Source of the DNA: Betaproteobacteria bacterium
GTDB taxonomy: Bacteria > Pseudomonadota > Gammaproteobacteria > Burkholderiales > SG8-41
Assembly (NCBI GenBank): GCA_025360445.1
Contig: JANYCE010000322.1
Span: 1-45,549 of the forward strand
Reading direction: 5' to 3'
DNA length: 45,549 nucleotides
Position numbers and translations under genes: made by a program. The notes under the pieces were generated by a model that had not been told where the DNA came from, ran no database searches, and was given only the letters and a program-made list of their open reading frames with translations. Each line of letters begins with the position of its first letter. Within the stretch, counting starts at the first letter, position 1. Shown in pieces: positions 9,882 to 20,160 of this stretch.

Positions 9882-10742
9882 ATGTCCCTCTTCGAGTCTT
9901 TTCAGACGTTTCCCGCTTTGTTTGTCACCGCGGTGACCGCAATGTCGCTAGCGATCGGCAGTTTTCTGAATGTCGTCATTCATCGCCTACCCAAGATGAT
10001 GGAGCGCCAATGGCGCGATGAACTTTTAGAATTGAACGGCCAGGAAATTCCGGCCTCACCTCGCTGCAATCTGATGGTACCGCGCTCCGCCTGCCCTGCA
10101 TGCAATCACCCGATCCGCGCCCTCGAAAACATTCCGGTGCTGAGTTACCTTGTCCTGCGCGGGAAATGTTCGGCTTGCAATGCCGGCATCTCACTCCGGT
10201 ATCCGTTCGTTGAAGCGCTCACCGCGGCATTGTCGGGTTACATCGCCTGGCGTTATGGCTTCTCCTGGCACACTTTAGCGACGCTTGTATTTGTGTGGGC
10301 AATGATTGCACTTGCTTTCATCGATCTCGATACGTTCTATCTGCCCGACAATATTACGCTGCCGCTGCTTTGGGCCGGCCTGTTCGTCAACATGGGCGGC
10401 GTGTTTGTCGATCTGGAATCCGCAGTGATCGGCGCCATCGCCGGTTATCTGGCGCTGTGGCTGGTGTTCTGGGGCTACAAGCTTGTGACTGGCAAAGACG
10501 GCATGGGTTATGGCGACTTTAAGCTGCTCGCAGCGATTGGCGCATGGCTCGGCTGGAAAATGCTGCCCGTCGTCATTTTGCTGTCGTCGTTTGTCGGCGC
10601 GATCGTTGGCATTTCATTGATTGTGTTTGCGCGGCACGGCCGCAATGTCCCTATCCCATTCGGTCCATACCTCGTGATGGGCGGATTGATCGCGTTGTTC
10701 TGGGGCGATCAGCTGCTGCAGTATTACCTCCAAACACTGTGA
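9882..10742 (+). CDS. pilD: Prepilin peptidase / N-methyltransferase PilD (A24 family)
   Basis: Two CxxC pairs in the N-terminal cytoplasmic domain (CPACNHP..., CSACN) and the active-site GMGYGDFKLLAA motif. Confidence 0.95.
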   Translation: MSLFESFQTFPALFVTAVTAMSLAIGSFLNVVIHRLPKMMERQWRDELLELNGQEIPASPRCNLMVPRSACPACNHPIRALENIPVLSYLVLRGKCSACNAGISLRYPFVEALTAALSGYIAWRYGFSWHTLATLVFVWAMIALAFIDLDTFYLPDNITLPLLWAGLFVNMGGVFVDLESAVIGAIAGYLALWLVFWGYKLVTGKDGMGYGDFKLLAAIGAWLGWKMLPVVILLSSFVGAIVGISLIVFARHGRNVPIPFGPYLVMGGLIALFWGDQLLQYYLQTL

Positions 10743-10746
10743 CGCC

Positions 10747-11373
10747 ATGCCGCCCGTGATTGCTCTCACCGGCGGTATCGGCAGCGGCAAGAGCAGCGTA
10801 GCCAATATGCTGGAAAAACTCGGTGCGGCGGTTATCGACACGGACGAAATCGCTCACGCACTTACGGCTGCCGGCCACGCCGGCGCGCTTTTGATCGGCC
10901 AGGAGTTTGGTGCCGAATATCTGGACAGCGCCGGTGCGCTCAACCGCAGTCGCATGCGTGAACTGGTATTTTCGGATGCGCCGGCTAAACAGAAACTTGA
11001 ATCGTTGTTGCATCCGATGATCAGGTCAGGGGTGACAGCAAGGCTCGCGACCTGCGCAAAAAAGCCGTTCGATGAAATTCCGTATATCGTTATTGTCGTG
11101 CCGCTTTTAATTGAAACCGGCGCTTATCGTGAACTCGCGCAGCGTGTGCTGGTGGTCGATTGCGATGAGGCGCAACAGGTTGCGCGCGTCATGCAGCGCA
11201 GCGGCCTCACCGTTGAGGCGGTCACAGCGATCATGGCGCACCAGGCGAGCCGGCAGGAGCGGCGGCGCAACGCCGATGATATCGTGCGCAATGATGGTGA
11301 CCTGCAGGCGCTGCAAGAAGCAGTCGAAGCCATCCATCTCTCATACCTCAAACTCGCGCGGAAGCCGGCCTAG
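10747..11373 (+). CDS. coaE: Dephospho-CoA kinase
   Basis: P-loop at the N-terminus (LTGGIGSGKS) and the conserved position after pilD. Confidence 0.93.
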   Translation: MPPVIALTGGIGSGKSSVANMLEKLGAAVIDTDEIAHALTAAGHAGALLIGQEFGAEYLDSAGALNRSRMRELVFSDAPAKQKLESLLHPMIRSGVTARLATCAKKPFDEIPYIVIVVPLLIETGAYRELAQRVLVVDCDEAQQVARVMQRSGLTVEAVTAIMAHQASRQERRRNADDIVRNDGDLQALQEAVEAIHLSYLKLARKPA

Positions 11374-11487
11374 ATGCGAGGATTTTCGTCAAATCCGGTC
11401 AAAAACAGATTAAGGTCTTTATTTTTTTTTGATAATGTAGAACAATTGGCCGCAGACCAATAACGATAGCGCAAGCCCTCCCGCGTC

Positions 11488-12243
11488 GTGATCAGCTACG
11501 AATACCCACTCAGCGAACGAATCCGTACTTTACTGCGGCTTGAGGATTTGTACGAGCGCACGATCTATTTCATTGCGAAGGCTGATCCGCAGGAACACCA
11601 TGTGGCGCTGCTGTGCATGTTCGAAATCCTTGAAGTTGCGGGCCGCGCCGATCTGAAATCAGACCTGCTGCAGGAACTCGAGCGCCAGAAGCAATCGCTC
11701 GAATCACTGCGTGACAACCCCGATATATCGCAAGAGGCGCTCGATAATATTTTGTGGGATATTGATCGCACCTCGTCGCGGCTCTTTCAGATGTCCGGCA
11801 AGGTCGGCCAGGAACTGCGTGAAAACGAATGGCTGATGAGCATCAGGCAGCGCACCAACATTCCCGGCGGCGTGTGTGAATTCGATGTTCCCTCGTACCA
11901 CTATTGGCTGCATTTGAGTGCTGAGCAGCACCGGCACGATCTCGAAGGCTGGCTCGCCCCCTTTTTGCCAATCCGGGACGGCATTGCGATTGTGCTGCGG
12001 CTTTTGCGCGAGAGTGGGAAAGGCGCTATGCAAACGGCGGCGCAAGGCGTCTACCAGCAGATGATGGCGGGGCGCATCGCGCAAATGCTGCGCATCCGTT
12101 TAAAGCTCGACTATCACTGCGTGCCTGAAATCAGCGCGAACAAATACGCGCTCAATATCCGTTTTACCACTCAGGAAGCTGCGCAGCGGCCGAAGGTGTA
12201 TGAAGCGGATGTCGATTTTGAATTGACTTTTTGCAATCTATAA
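11488..12243 (+). CDS. zapD: Cell division protein ZapD
   Basis: N-terminus YEYPLSERIRTLLRLE and a length of about 250 aa, within the coaE-zapD-yacG order. The start codon is GTG. Confidence 0.9.
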   Translation: MISYEYPLSERIRTLLRLEDLYERTIYFIAKADPQEHHVALLCMFEILEVAGRADLKSDLLQELERQKQSLESLRDNPDISQEALDNILWDIDRTSSRLFQMSGKVGQELRENEWLMSIRQRTNIPGGVCEFDVPSYHYWLHLSAEQHRHDLEGWLAPFLPIRDGIAIVLRLLRESGKGAMQTAAQGVYQQMMAGRIAQMLRIRLKLDYHCVPEISANKYALNIRFTTQEAAQRPKVYEADVDFELTFCNL

Positions 12244-12258
12244 TTCGTTCAGCCGAAC

Positions 12259-12459
12259 ATGAAGCCCCGCGTGGTTAACTGCCCGCATTGCGGAAAACCG
12301 GTCGAGTGGAGTGCCGCCAACCGTGCCCGCCCGTTTTGCTGCGAGCGCTGCCGCGTAATTGATCTGGGCGCGTGGGCGACCGAAAGCTATCGCATCCCGG
12401 TGCTCGATAACAAAAACGACATCGAGTCGGAACCAGGGCCGGGTGAGTCGCAGCAGTAG
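12259..12459 (+). CDS. yacG: DNA gyrase inhibitor YacG (zinc finger)
   Basis: CPHCGKP...PFCCERC four-Cys zinc-ribbon and DLGAW motif. 66 aa. Confidence 0.9.
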   Translation: MKPRVVNCPHCGKPVEWSAANRARPFCCERCRVIDLGAWATESYRIPVLDNKNDIESEPGPGESQQ

Positions 12460-12477
12460 AGCGCCAGCGGGTCCGCT

Positions 12478-13458
12478 CTAGCGATACTGCGCGTCAGTCC
12501 ATGCATCGCGCAGCAGCGCGACGCCATGGCCGCCGCACCGCCATGCGTGTTCCAGATCTGCTGCGCGAAGGCCCCCTAATGCATACACCGGCACGGGATA
12601 ATTTTTAATCAGCAGTTTGAACGAGTCCCAACCGAGCAGCTTTGCACCGGCATGGGTAGGCGTCGCAGCCACCGGGCCTAACACGACGAAATCGAGATCC
12701 AGTTCACGCGCGCGCTCCAGTTCGACTGCAGCGTGACACGACGCTCCACACCAGTCGCAATCGGGGCGTGTCGTCGCCGCCATCAAGCACGCGGCAGTCA
12801 GGTGCACACCGTCTGCGCCAGCCTGGCTTGCAATCTGTGCGCTCCCATTAACGACGACGCGCGCACCATGGGCGTGTGACATCGTCACGACGTCTGACGC
12901 AAAGCTGCGCAGATCCGCATCGGACATCTCTTTTTCTCGCACTTGAATCAGTCGCAGGCCCTGGCGCAGTGAATGCTCGAGCCTGAGCATAAAAGCATCG
13001 CGTCCGAGTCGTCCTGCACAGGTGATTCCATACACGCCGGGCAATTCGAGTCCGCGCACGATGGGACCGTTCGCCGGCAACAGAGGCCCGACAGTTATGT
13101 TATTGATTGATTGCCACGCAAACTGCTGCTGTTCTCTGCTTTGGAGCAGGCCGGTCCAGCCGTAAACGCGGAAAAACCTGAGACGCACATTCGCATGCGG
13201 ATAATCGAATTCGCGCGTGAGCCATGGGTACGCGAGGGTCACGTTAACGCCGAGTTCTTCGTGCAGCTCGCGCGCCAATGCGGTCGCGGCGTCTTCGCCC
13301 GTTTCGACTTTGCCGCCGGGAAATTCCCAATAACCTGCATACACCTTGCCCGCCGGACGTTGCGCCAGTAAAAATCTGCCGCGCTTGTCCAAAATGACCG
13401 CTGCGACAACCTCGATGCGCTCCCGGCCAGGCGCGGCGCCCTCGGCGGCGGTCGCCAA
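12478..13458 (-). CDS. Nudix (MutT-like) hydrolase fused to a ThiE/TenI-like domain
   Basis: Nudix box GGKVETGEDAATALARELHEELG in the N-terminal half and a thiamine-phosphate-synthase-fold C-terminal half. The track ORF extends to 13557 and overlaps the upstream gene by 97 nt. I place the start at TTG 13458, just after that gene's stop, but the start is uncertain. Confidence 0.8.
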   Translation of the reverse strand: MATAAEGAAPGRERIEVVAAVILDKRGRFLLAQRPAGKVYAGYWEFPGGKVETGEDAATALARELHEELGVNVTLAYPWLTREFDYPHANVRLRFFRVYGWTGLLQSREQQQFAWQSINNITVGPLLPANGPIVRGLELPGVYGITCAGRLGRDAFMLRLEHSLRQGLRLIQVREKEMSDADLRSFASDVVTMSHAHGARVVVNGSAQIASQAGADGVHLTAACLMAATTRPDCDWCGASCHAAVELERARELDLDFVVLGPVAATPTHAGAKLLGWDSFKLLIKNYPVPVYALGGLRAADLEHAWRCGGHGVALLRDAWTDAQYR

Positions 13459-13460
13459 CG

Positions 13461-14336
13461 CTAGGACTTGCCGCGCGCGATCTGTGCGCGGCCCGACCAG
13501 TCGCGCGCGAACTGCCAGGCCACACGTCCACTGCGAGACCCGCGCTGCAAAGCCCATTGCAATGCCGCGTGCCGCACCGGCTCGCTGTCAGCTTGGTTTA
13601 CCTTGAAGTACTCGAGCCATTGGCCGACGATCTCGAGATATTCGTCCTGGTCGAACGGATAAAACGACACCCACACGCCGAACCGCTCCGACAGCGAGAT
13701 TTTTTCTTCGATGGTCTCGCCGGGATGAATTTCATCGTCGACCCGCTTCGCATCAAGATTTTCTGACATGAATTCCGGCATCAAATGGCGCCGGTTCGAG
13801 GTCGCGTAAATCAGGCAATTTTCAGAGGCGGCTGCGACCGACCCATCGAGCACCACCTTTAACGCCTTGTAGCCCGGTTCATCCGCCTCGAACGATAAAT
13901 CATCGCAATACAGCACAAATCGCTCGGGCCGCAGCGCAATCAATTCGACAATATCGGGCAGATCGACGAGGTGCTGCTTTTCTACTTCAATCACGCGTAA
14001 ACCGCGCGCCGCATATTTATTGAGCAAGGCTTTAATTAAAGACGATTTGCCAGTGCCGCGAGCGCCGGTTAACAGCACATTGTTGGCAGGATAGCCCTCG
14101 ACAAATTGCCGCGTGTTCTGTTCGACCAGCTTTTTTTGCCGGTCGATGCCGCACAAGTCGGACAACCTGATTTTGTGGACATGGCGCACCGCTTCGATTG
14201 CGCCGTGGCCATCGCGTGAGCGCCAGCGGAATGCGGTTGCCTTCCAATCCGTCGCAGGCGGCGCCGCCGGCAATAGTTTTTCCATGCGGGACAAAAGATC
14301 ATCAGCGCGCTTGATCAAAGATGTCCACTCGCTCAT
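13461..14336 (-). CDS. AAA-type ATPase, DUF815 family
   Basis: Walker A motif GARGTGKSS and Walker B-like motif LYCDDLSF. 291 aa. The start overlaps the argJ stop (ATGA). Confidence 0.85.
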   Translation of the reverse strand: MSEWTSLIKRADDLLSRMEKLLPAAPPATDWKATAFRWRSRDGHGAIEAVRHVHKIRLSDLCGIDRQKKLVEQNTRQFVEGYPANNVLLTGARGTGKSSLIKALLNKYAARGLRVIEVEKQHLVDLPDIVELIALRPERFVLYCDDLSFEADEPGYKALKVVLDGSVAAASENCLIYATSNRRHLMPEFMSENLDAKRVDDEIHPGETIEEKISLSERFGVWVSFYPFDQDEYLEIVGQWLEYFKVNQADSEPVRHAALQWALQRGSRSGRVAWQFARDWSGRAQIARGKS

Positions 14337-15571
14337 GAACGATAATCCGCATTAATACTCACATAGTCGTGCGAGAGATCACAGGTCCACAGCGTTGCAT
14401 TGGCGCCGCCGCGATTGAGCACTACGCGCACGGTAATTTCACTCTGCTTCATCACCCGCTGGCCGTCGGTTTCCTGATAAGCAGGGTTGCGCCCGCCGTG
14501 GCGCGCGACGAGTACATCGTCGAGATAAAGATCGAGTTTCTCGACATCAAGATCAGCGATGCCCGCATAGCCGATCGCCGCAAGAATACGCCCGAGGTTA
14601 GGATCGGACGCAAAGAACGCCGTCTTCACGAGTGGCGAATGTGCAATTGCAAAGCCGATTCTGCGGCACTCTTCTTCGCTGCCTCCGCCTTCGACGCGCA
14701 CCGTGATGAATTTCGTCGCGCCCTCGGCGTCCCTGATAATTGACTGCGCGAGCTGCGTAGCCACGGTGGTCACTGCATCCCGAAACGCGACGAATTCGAC
14801 ACTGCGCGCGTCGGTAACTTCATCCATGCCCACCGTGCCACTCGCGATTAACACGAACGAATCGTTGGTCGACGTGTCACCGTCCACGCTGATGCAATTG
14901 AACGATCTTTCTGCGGCGTAGGCGACTGCGGCCTTGACCAGCGGCAGGCTGACCCGCGCATCGGTTGCAATAAATCCGAGCATGGTCGCCATGTTGGGGT
15001 GAATCATGCCCGCGCCTTTGGCGATGCCCGTTAGCGTGATATTCGCATTGCCGATCCGACTCTGTTGCGAAAACGCTTTCGGCAGCGTATCGGTCGTCAT
15101 GATTGCCTTCGCTGCGTTGAACCAATTGGCAGCGCATAAATCAGCCAGGCAAGCCGGCAAGCCGGCGGCGAGGCGCTCTACCGGCAACGGCTCCATAATC
15201 ACGCCGGTCGAAAAAGGCAGTATCTGTTGCGGATCGCATCCAATCAGGGCTGCAAGATCGGCGCACGTACGGCGCGCGTTGGCGAGTCCTTCCTTACCGG
15301 TTCCGGCGTTCGCGTTGCCGGTATTTATTACCAGCGCGCGTATGGATGCGGCCGCGTTTACGGACTCCAGGTGCTCACGTGTAACGGCGACCGGTGCCGC
15401 GCAAAAACGATTCTGGGTGAATACGCCCGCTACTGTTGCGCCTTCATCAAGCTTTATGACGAGAAGATCCTGACGGCCCGCTTTGCGAATTCCCGCTGCA
15501 GCAATGCCAAGCGTGACCCCGGCGATGGGCAGCAGGGATGCAGGGTCGGGGGCGGAAAGGTTGACAGGCAT
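14333..15571 (-). CDS. argJ: Bifunctional glutamate N-acetyltransferase / amino-acid acetyltransferase ArgJ
   Basis: ArgJ family sequence with the autoproteolytic site context ([15 protein letters not shown]). Confidence 0.95.
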   Translation of the reverse strand: MPVNLSAPDPASLLPIAGVTLGIAAAGIRKAGRQDLLVIKLDEGATVAGVFTQNRFCAAPVAVTREHLESVNAAASIRALVINTGNANAGTGKEGLANARRTCADLAALIGCDPQQILPFSTGVIMEPLPVERLAAGLPACLADLCAANWFNAAKAIMTTDTLPKAFSQQSRIGNANITLTGIAKGAGMIHPNMATMLGFIATDARVSLPLVKAAVAYAAERSFNCISVDGDTSTNDSFVLIASGTVGMDEVTDARSVEFVAFRDAVTTVATQLAQSIIRDAEGATKFITVRVEGGGSEEECRRIGFAIAHSPLVKTAFFASDPNLGRILAAIGYAGIADLDVEKLDLYLDDVLVARHGGRNPAYQETDGQRVMKQSEITVRVVLNRGGANATLWTCDLSHDYVSINADYRS

Positions 15572-15669
15572 GGCAGTTTAAATATTTCGCTCGCGATTAT
15601 ATCTTGCACCGCTGGTCGCGGCTGGCTTTGGGCTGAAGGAAGAGGTTCCGCAAGCGCGGCCTCGCTCCG

Positions 15670-18390
15670 CTATGTCAGCCGGCCGTGACAGTGCTTATAT
15701 TTTTTGCCGGACCCGCACGGACAAGGATCATTGCGACCGACTTTTTGTGCGCCGCGCACGAACGTTTGCGCGTCCGATGCGGACCCATCAGCATTCGCCT
15801 GCTCGAGAGCCTGACCGTAGTCGGAGTGGTGGTATTGCAAGTTCGTGGGCGTTTCCGGTTCCTCGACTTTTTCGAGTTCGGCCTCGCTGCGAATCTGCAC
15901 GGTAAGCAAGATTTTGGTGACGTCCGTATTGATCATGTCGAGCATCAATGAAAAAAGCTCGAACGCCTCCTTTTTATACTCCTGGGTCGGCGTCTTTTGC
16001 GCGTAACTGCGCAAATGGATCCCCTGCCGCAAGTGATCAAGTGCCGCGAGGTGCTCGCGCCAATGCGAGTCGACGCTTTGCAACATGATTGCGCGCTCGA
16101 ACTGGCGCATTGCCTTGGCATCGACCTGTGCGGACTTGTCCGCATATTTCTTGTTCGCGAGCTCAATCACCCGCGTGCGCATTTGCTCCTGGTCGAGGTC
16201 GGGCTCATCCGCAAGCCATTGCTTGATTGGTAAATCGAGCTGCAGTTCGGCCGCCAGCGTTTTCTCCAGCCCCGCGATGTCCCATTGTTCTTCGAGGCTT
16301 TCCGGCGGAATGTGCTGGTTAAAGAATCCATTGATAACTTCGGCGCGGATCGCAGTGACACGCTCCGAGATGTCGGCCGACTCGAGCAGCTGGTTGCGCG
16401 ATTCGTAGATGGCTTTGCGCTGATCGTTGGAAACGTCGTCATATTCGAGCAAGTGCTTGCGCATATCGAAATTGCGCGCTTCTACTTTGCGCTGCGCGTT
16501 TTCGATGGCGCGGGTCACCCACGGATGTTCGATTGCCTCGCCGTCAGGCATCTTGAGGCGCTGCATGATCGCGGCGACCCGATCCGACGCAAAAATTCTT
16601 AGCAGCGGATCTTCGAGCGACAGGTAAAACCGGCTCGAACCCGGATCACCCTGGCGTCCGGACCGGCCGCGTAACTGGTTATCGACGCGCCGCGATTCAT
16701 GACGTTCGGTTGCGATGATATGCAGTCCGCCAGCGGTCACCACCTGGTTATGAAGTTTTTGCCACTGGAAGCGCAGTTCTTCAACCTGGCGCTGCTTGGC
16801 GACAGCGTCCAGGCTTTCGTCCGCTTCCATGCGCGCGATTTCGGGTTCCGGATTGCCGCCCAACACAATATCGGTCCCGCGTCCCGCCATGTTGGTTGCG
16901 ATGGTGATGGTCTTGGGCCGGCCCGCCTGCACGACGATCTCCGCTTCGCGCGCATGCTGTTTTGCATTAAGCACGTTGTGAGGAAGGCTTTCCTTATCGA
17001 GTAGCTTCGACAAAATTTCGGAATTTTCGATAGACGTCGTGCCGACGAGTACCGGTTGCCCGGTCTCGTAACAACCCTGTATGTCCTTAATCACCGCTGC
17101 GTACTTCTCGCGAAACGTCTGGTAAACCTGATCCATCCGGTCGTCGCGGACCATCGGCTTATGCGTCGGAATGACGACCGTTTCCAGGCTGTAGATGTGC
17201 TGGAATTCGTACGCCTCGGTGTCCGCCGTGCCGGTCATCCCGGAAAGCTTCGCATACATGCGGAAGTAATTCTGGAACGTAATCGACGCGAGCGTCTGGT
17301 TTTCACGCTGAATGGCGACGCCTTCTTTCGCCTCGACCGCCTGGTGCAAGCCGTCCGACCACCGTCGTCCCGGCATCAGGCGGCCGGTAAACTCGTCGAC
17401 AATGATGATCTCGCCCTCTTGCACGACATACTGCTGGTCGCGATGAAACAGCGAATGTGCGCGCAATGCGGCATACAAATGATGGATTAGATTGATGTTG
17501 CCCGGGTCATACAGGCTGCCGCCATGCGGCAGCAATCCAGCTTCGGCGAGCAGCGCTTCGCTGCGTTCATGCCCCGCCTCGGAAAGCAACACCTGATGCT
17601 GTTTTTCGTCGACCGTGTATTCGCCCGGACTGTTTTCATCCGCCTGGCGCTTGAGCAGCGGCGCGATCTCGTTCATGCGGTAATAAAGTTCGGTCGTATC
17701 TTCAGCCTGGCCCGATATGATTAGCGGCGTGCGCGCCTCATCGATCAGGATCGAATCGACTTCGTCGACGATTGCGTAGTTGAGCTTGCGCTGAAACCGC
17801 TCGCCCGGCGTGGCCGCCATGTTGTCGCGCAGATAGTCGAAACCAAACTCGTTGTTGGTGCCGTACGTAATATCAGCGGCATACGCGCCTTGCTTATCGC
17901 CGTGATCCATTTGCGACAAAATCACCCCGACCTTGAGACCCAGGTAGCCGTAGATCCGGCCCATCCACTCAGAGTCACGCTTGGCGAGGTAGTCGTTGAC
18001 TGTAACTACATGAACGCCCTTGCCTGACAGCGCGTTTAGATATGCCGGCAGCGTCGCAACCAGCGTTTTACCCTCGCCGGTGCGCATTTCGCCGATCTTG
18101 CCGCTATGCAAAACGATACCGCCGATCATCTGCACGTCGAAGTGGCGCATGTTCAAAACACGTTTACCCGCCTCGCGGACGACTGCGAAAGCCTCCGGCA
18201 ACAACGCGTCGAGCGACTCGCCCGCGGCGTGCCGCTGCTTGAATTCATCTGTCTTGGCTTTCAGCGCGTCTTCCGTGAGCGCGGCAGTTGCCGGCTCGAG
18301 CGCATTGATGGCGCGCACCGAATGCATGTACTGACGCAACAAGCGTTCGTTGCGGCTACCAAATATTTTTTTGAGCAGGCCTGAAATCAT
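15670..18390 (-). CDS. secA: Preprotein translocase ATPase SecA
   Basis: Canonical N-terminus [16 protein letters not shown] at ATG 18390; the track's TTG at 18432 adds 14 unlikely residues. Also has Walker [10 protein letters not shown], a DEAD-like [19 protein letters not shown] motif and the C-terminal zinc motif [14 protein letters not shown]. Confidence 0.97.
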   Translation of the reverse strand: MISGLLKKIFGSRNERLLRQYMHSVRAINALEPATAALTEDALKAKTDEFKQRHAAGESLDALLPEAFAVVREAGKRVLNMRHFDVQMIGGIVLHSGKIGEMRTGEGKTLVATLPAYLNALSGKGVHVVTVNDYLAKRDSEWMGRIYGYLGLKVGVILSQMDHGDKQGAYAADITYGTNNEFGFDYLRDNMAATPGERFQRKLNYAIVDEVDSILIDEARTPLIISGQAEDTTELYYRMNEIAPLLKRQADENSPGEYTVDEKQHQVLLSEAGHERSEALLAEAGLLPHGGSLYDPGNINLIHHLYAALRAHSLFHRDQQYVVQEGEIIIVDEFTGRLMPGRRWSDGLHQAVEAKEGVAIQRENQTLASITFQNYFRMYAKLSGMTGTADTEAYEFQHIYSLETVVIPTHKPMVRDDRMDQVYQTFREKYAAVIKDIQGCYETGQPVLVGTTSIENSEILSKLLDKESLPHNVLNAKQHAREAEIVVQAGRPKTITIATNMAGRGTDIVLGGNPEPEIARMEADESLDAVAKQRQVEELRFQWQKLHNQVVTAGGLHIIATERHESRRVDNQLRGRSGRQGDPGSSRFYLSLEDPLLRIFASDRVAAIMQRLKMPDGEAIEHPWVTRAIENAQRKVEARNFDMRKHLLEYDDVSNDQRKAIYESRNQLLESADISERVTAIRAEVINGFFNQHIPPESLEEQWDIAGLEKTLAAELQLDLPIKQWLADEPDLDQEQMRTRVIELANKKYADKSAQVDAKAMRQFERAIMLQSVDSHWREHLAALDHLRQGIHLRSYAQKTPTQEYKKEAFELFSLMLDMINTDVTKILLTVQIRSEAELEKVEEPETPTNLQYHHSDYGQALEQANADGSASDAQTFVRGAQKVGRNDPCPCGSGKKYKHCHGRLT

Positions 18391-18512
18391 GAATGACGTT
18401 ACACCTAAGGAATTTGAAAACAAGCGGGCCAATACGAACCACCGCCTCTTGTGTATCCCCCGCTGCAGAGGGTGCTTCGAAAAATGAACTCTCGATCAGA
18501 GCTTTTATCAAT

Positions 18513-18539
18513 AAAAAAGGGTGGGGAAACACCCCACCC
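18513..18539 (-). terminator. Rho-independent terminator after the M23 peptidase gene
   Basis: Perfect 8-bp stem GGGTGGGG/CCCCACCC (18519-18526 / 18532-18539) with a 5-nt loop. It is followed on the minus strand by a run of six U, 27 nt downstream of the stop at 18566. Confidence 0.75.
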
Positions 18540-18565
18540 CATTTGAACCAGAAACCCGACGCGCG

Positions 18566-19483
18566 TTAGCTGGGCAAGCGAAGAAAACGCATTGGATTGA
18601 GCGGCGCCCCGTTTTGACGAACTTCGAAGTGCAAATGCGGCCCGGTCGCGCGGCCCGAACTGCCAACCTGGCCGATGATTCCAGCACTGAGCACCACATC
18701 ACCAACCTTGACCAGACGTTTCGACAAATGCGCGTAACGAGTGATCAAACCATTGCCATGATCAATCTCAATCATATTACCATATTGGGCATGAGCATCG
18801 GCGTATGCGACTACCCCACCGGCCGCTGCGCGCGCCTGTGTCCCGGTCTCCGCCATGAAGTCCATGCCTTCATGAAACGCGCGGACCCCGTTGAACGGAT
18901 CAATGCGCCAGCCATAGTTGGACGAATACCATCCGCCTTCTACCGGCAGAATCGATGGCAGCAATTTTTTCCTGGCGCTGTCCACGATCATCAGCGAATC
19001 CAGGATGCCGAGTTTGTCGGTGCGGTCTGCCATCTGCCGACCGAGCAGTTCGACCTGGCGGTTAAGGTCGCCAAGTGACAAGTCATGGGTGGGAATGGAT
19101 GATTCCGCGCCGCCGCGGCCGGGCGGCTGGTCGAACATGAATTCCTGCGGTTTAAACCCCGCCGTTTTAGCCAGCCGCTCGCCTAGCGTATCCAGGCGCA
19201 ATAATTGCGCCTGCATCTGCCCGAGCTTAGACGCCAGCGCATTCAGGTTCTCGCGCAAGTAGCTTTGAGTTTTTTCGTTTTCTTCGTGATGCGCGTTCTG
19301 GATCAGCGTATTGAGTAAGGGGCGATTAAGGCCGGGCGCGTAACGCAGAGTCAGGTATTGCAGCGCGAATGCGAGTACCAACAGACCGATTAGTGAAACA
19401 GCCGCTCCGCTCAGCAGCTGCGGCAGCGTGAGTGTGATGGTTCGCGCTCTTGCCAGTTTGCCGGAAACTAGAATTATGTTCAT
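18566..19483 (-). CDS. M23 family metallopeptidase (LytM domain, N-terminal membrane anchor and coiled coil)
   Basis: LytM catalytic motifs (FHEGMDF, GPHLHFEV) with an N-terminal TM helix and a coiled-coil segment. Confidence 0.9.
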   Translation of the reverse strand: MNIILVSGKLARARTITLTLPQLLSGAAVSLIGLLVLAFALQYLTLRYAPGLNRPLLNTLIQNAHHEENEKTQSYLRENLNALASKLGQMQAQLLRLDTLGERLAKTAGFKPQEFMFDQPPGRGGAESSIPTHDLSLGDLNRQVELLGRQMADRTDKLGILDSLMIVDSARKKLLPSILPVEGGWYSSNYGWRIDPFNGVRAFHEGMDFMAETGTQARAAAGGVVAYADAHAQYGNMIEIDHGNGLITRYAHLSKRLVKVGDVVLSAGIIGQVGSSGRATGPHLHFEVRQNGAPLNPMRFLRLPS

Positions 19484-19504
19484 TGATGCCCCACAATCTC
19501 AACC

Positions 19505-19945
19505 ATGCCAGCGCGCCGGATCAATTTCTATCTCAACACGTCGGACCGCTTGCGTTCATTAACTCAGGAAGTACAGCGGAACAGCGAACTGCATCGGGTA
19601 CTTTTGGATATCGCACCACTTGAATTGACGCAAGCCTGCTGCGTCAAACAGCTGCGCGATGGAACCCTCACCCTCTTGGCTGAAAATGCCGCGATTGCCG
19701 CAAAACTCAAGCAGCTCACGACTAGACTGTTAGTTGCTTACCAGAAACAGCGGTGCGAGATTACTGCAATCAGAATTGAAGTGCAAGTCGGTAAGGCCGT
19801 AGCAGCACTGCCGGGCGAGCGCAAAATTAAGCGCTTAAGCGTTGAAACGATTGAGAATCTTAAAAAACTCGCTGATGCCCTGGAAGACTCGCCGCTGAAG
19901 CATGCGGTAACGACGCTGGCGTCGCGGCACCGCATTTCCAAGTAA
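19505..19945 (+). CDS. DUF721 domain protein (DciA-like)
   Basis: 146-aa ORF whose central region (CCVKQLRDGTLTLLAENAAIAAKLKQL...) resembles DUF721. It lies between the M23 peptidase and lpxC. The assignment is from recalled family features, not a search. Confidence 0.65.
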   Translation: MPARRINFYLNTSDRLRSLTQEVQRNSELHRVLLDIAPLELTQACCVKQLRDGTLTLLAENAAIAAKLKQLTTRLLVAYQKQRCEITAIRIEVQVGKAVAALPGERKIKRLSVETIENLKKLADALEDSPLKHAVTTLASRHRISK

Positions 19946-19956
19946 ACGTGCGCGGC

Positions 19957-20142
19957 TTAAATAACGAGGATTAAGCGCTCGAACAGGATGAACGTGAGCA
20001 CGATAATCGCCATCATGATGCCGTATTTAAAAATACGCCACGCTAGAGTCACGTAGCGGCGATTCTTGGTAACCAGATAAGTAAGCAGCGATGCGCCGAT
20101 GCTTGCGACAACAAAAAATCCGAGCACCCGCAGGACGAACAT
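19957..20142 (-). CDS. Hypothetical small membrane protein (61 aa, two predicted TM helices)
   Basis: ATG-started ORF 18 nt downstream of lpxC on the same strand. It has two hydrophobic segments separated by a basic loop (KNRRYVTLAWR). No recognised family. Confidence 0.45.
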   Translation of the reverse strand: MFVLRVLGFFVVASIGASLLTYLVTKNRRYVTLAWRIFKYGIMMAIIVLTFILFERLILVI

Positions 20143-20160
20143 AGCGCTAAATCGGGCCCA

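Noticed and set aside
11401-11440. Run of nine T (11422-11430) after coaE, considered as a terminator.
   Set aside because: No preceding GC-rich hairpin could be drawn. It is followed by GATAAT and is more plausibly an A/T-tract or UP-like element of the zapD promoter region. The evidence is too weak to annotate.
18391-18432. Upstream TTG start for secA adding 14 residues ([14 protein letters not shown]).
   Set aside because: The ATG at 18390 gives the universally conserved SecA N-terminus and has AGGTG upstream. The extension has no counterpart in SecA proteins I know.
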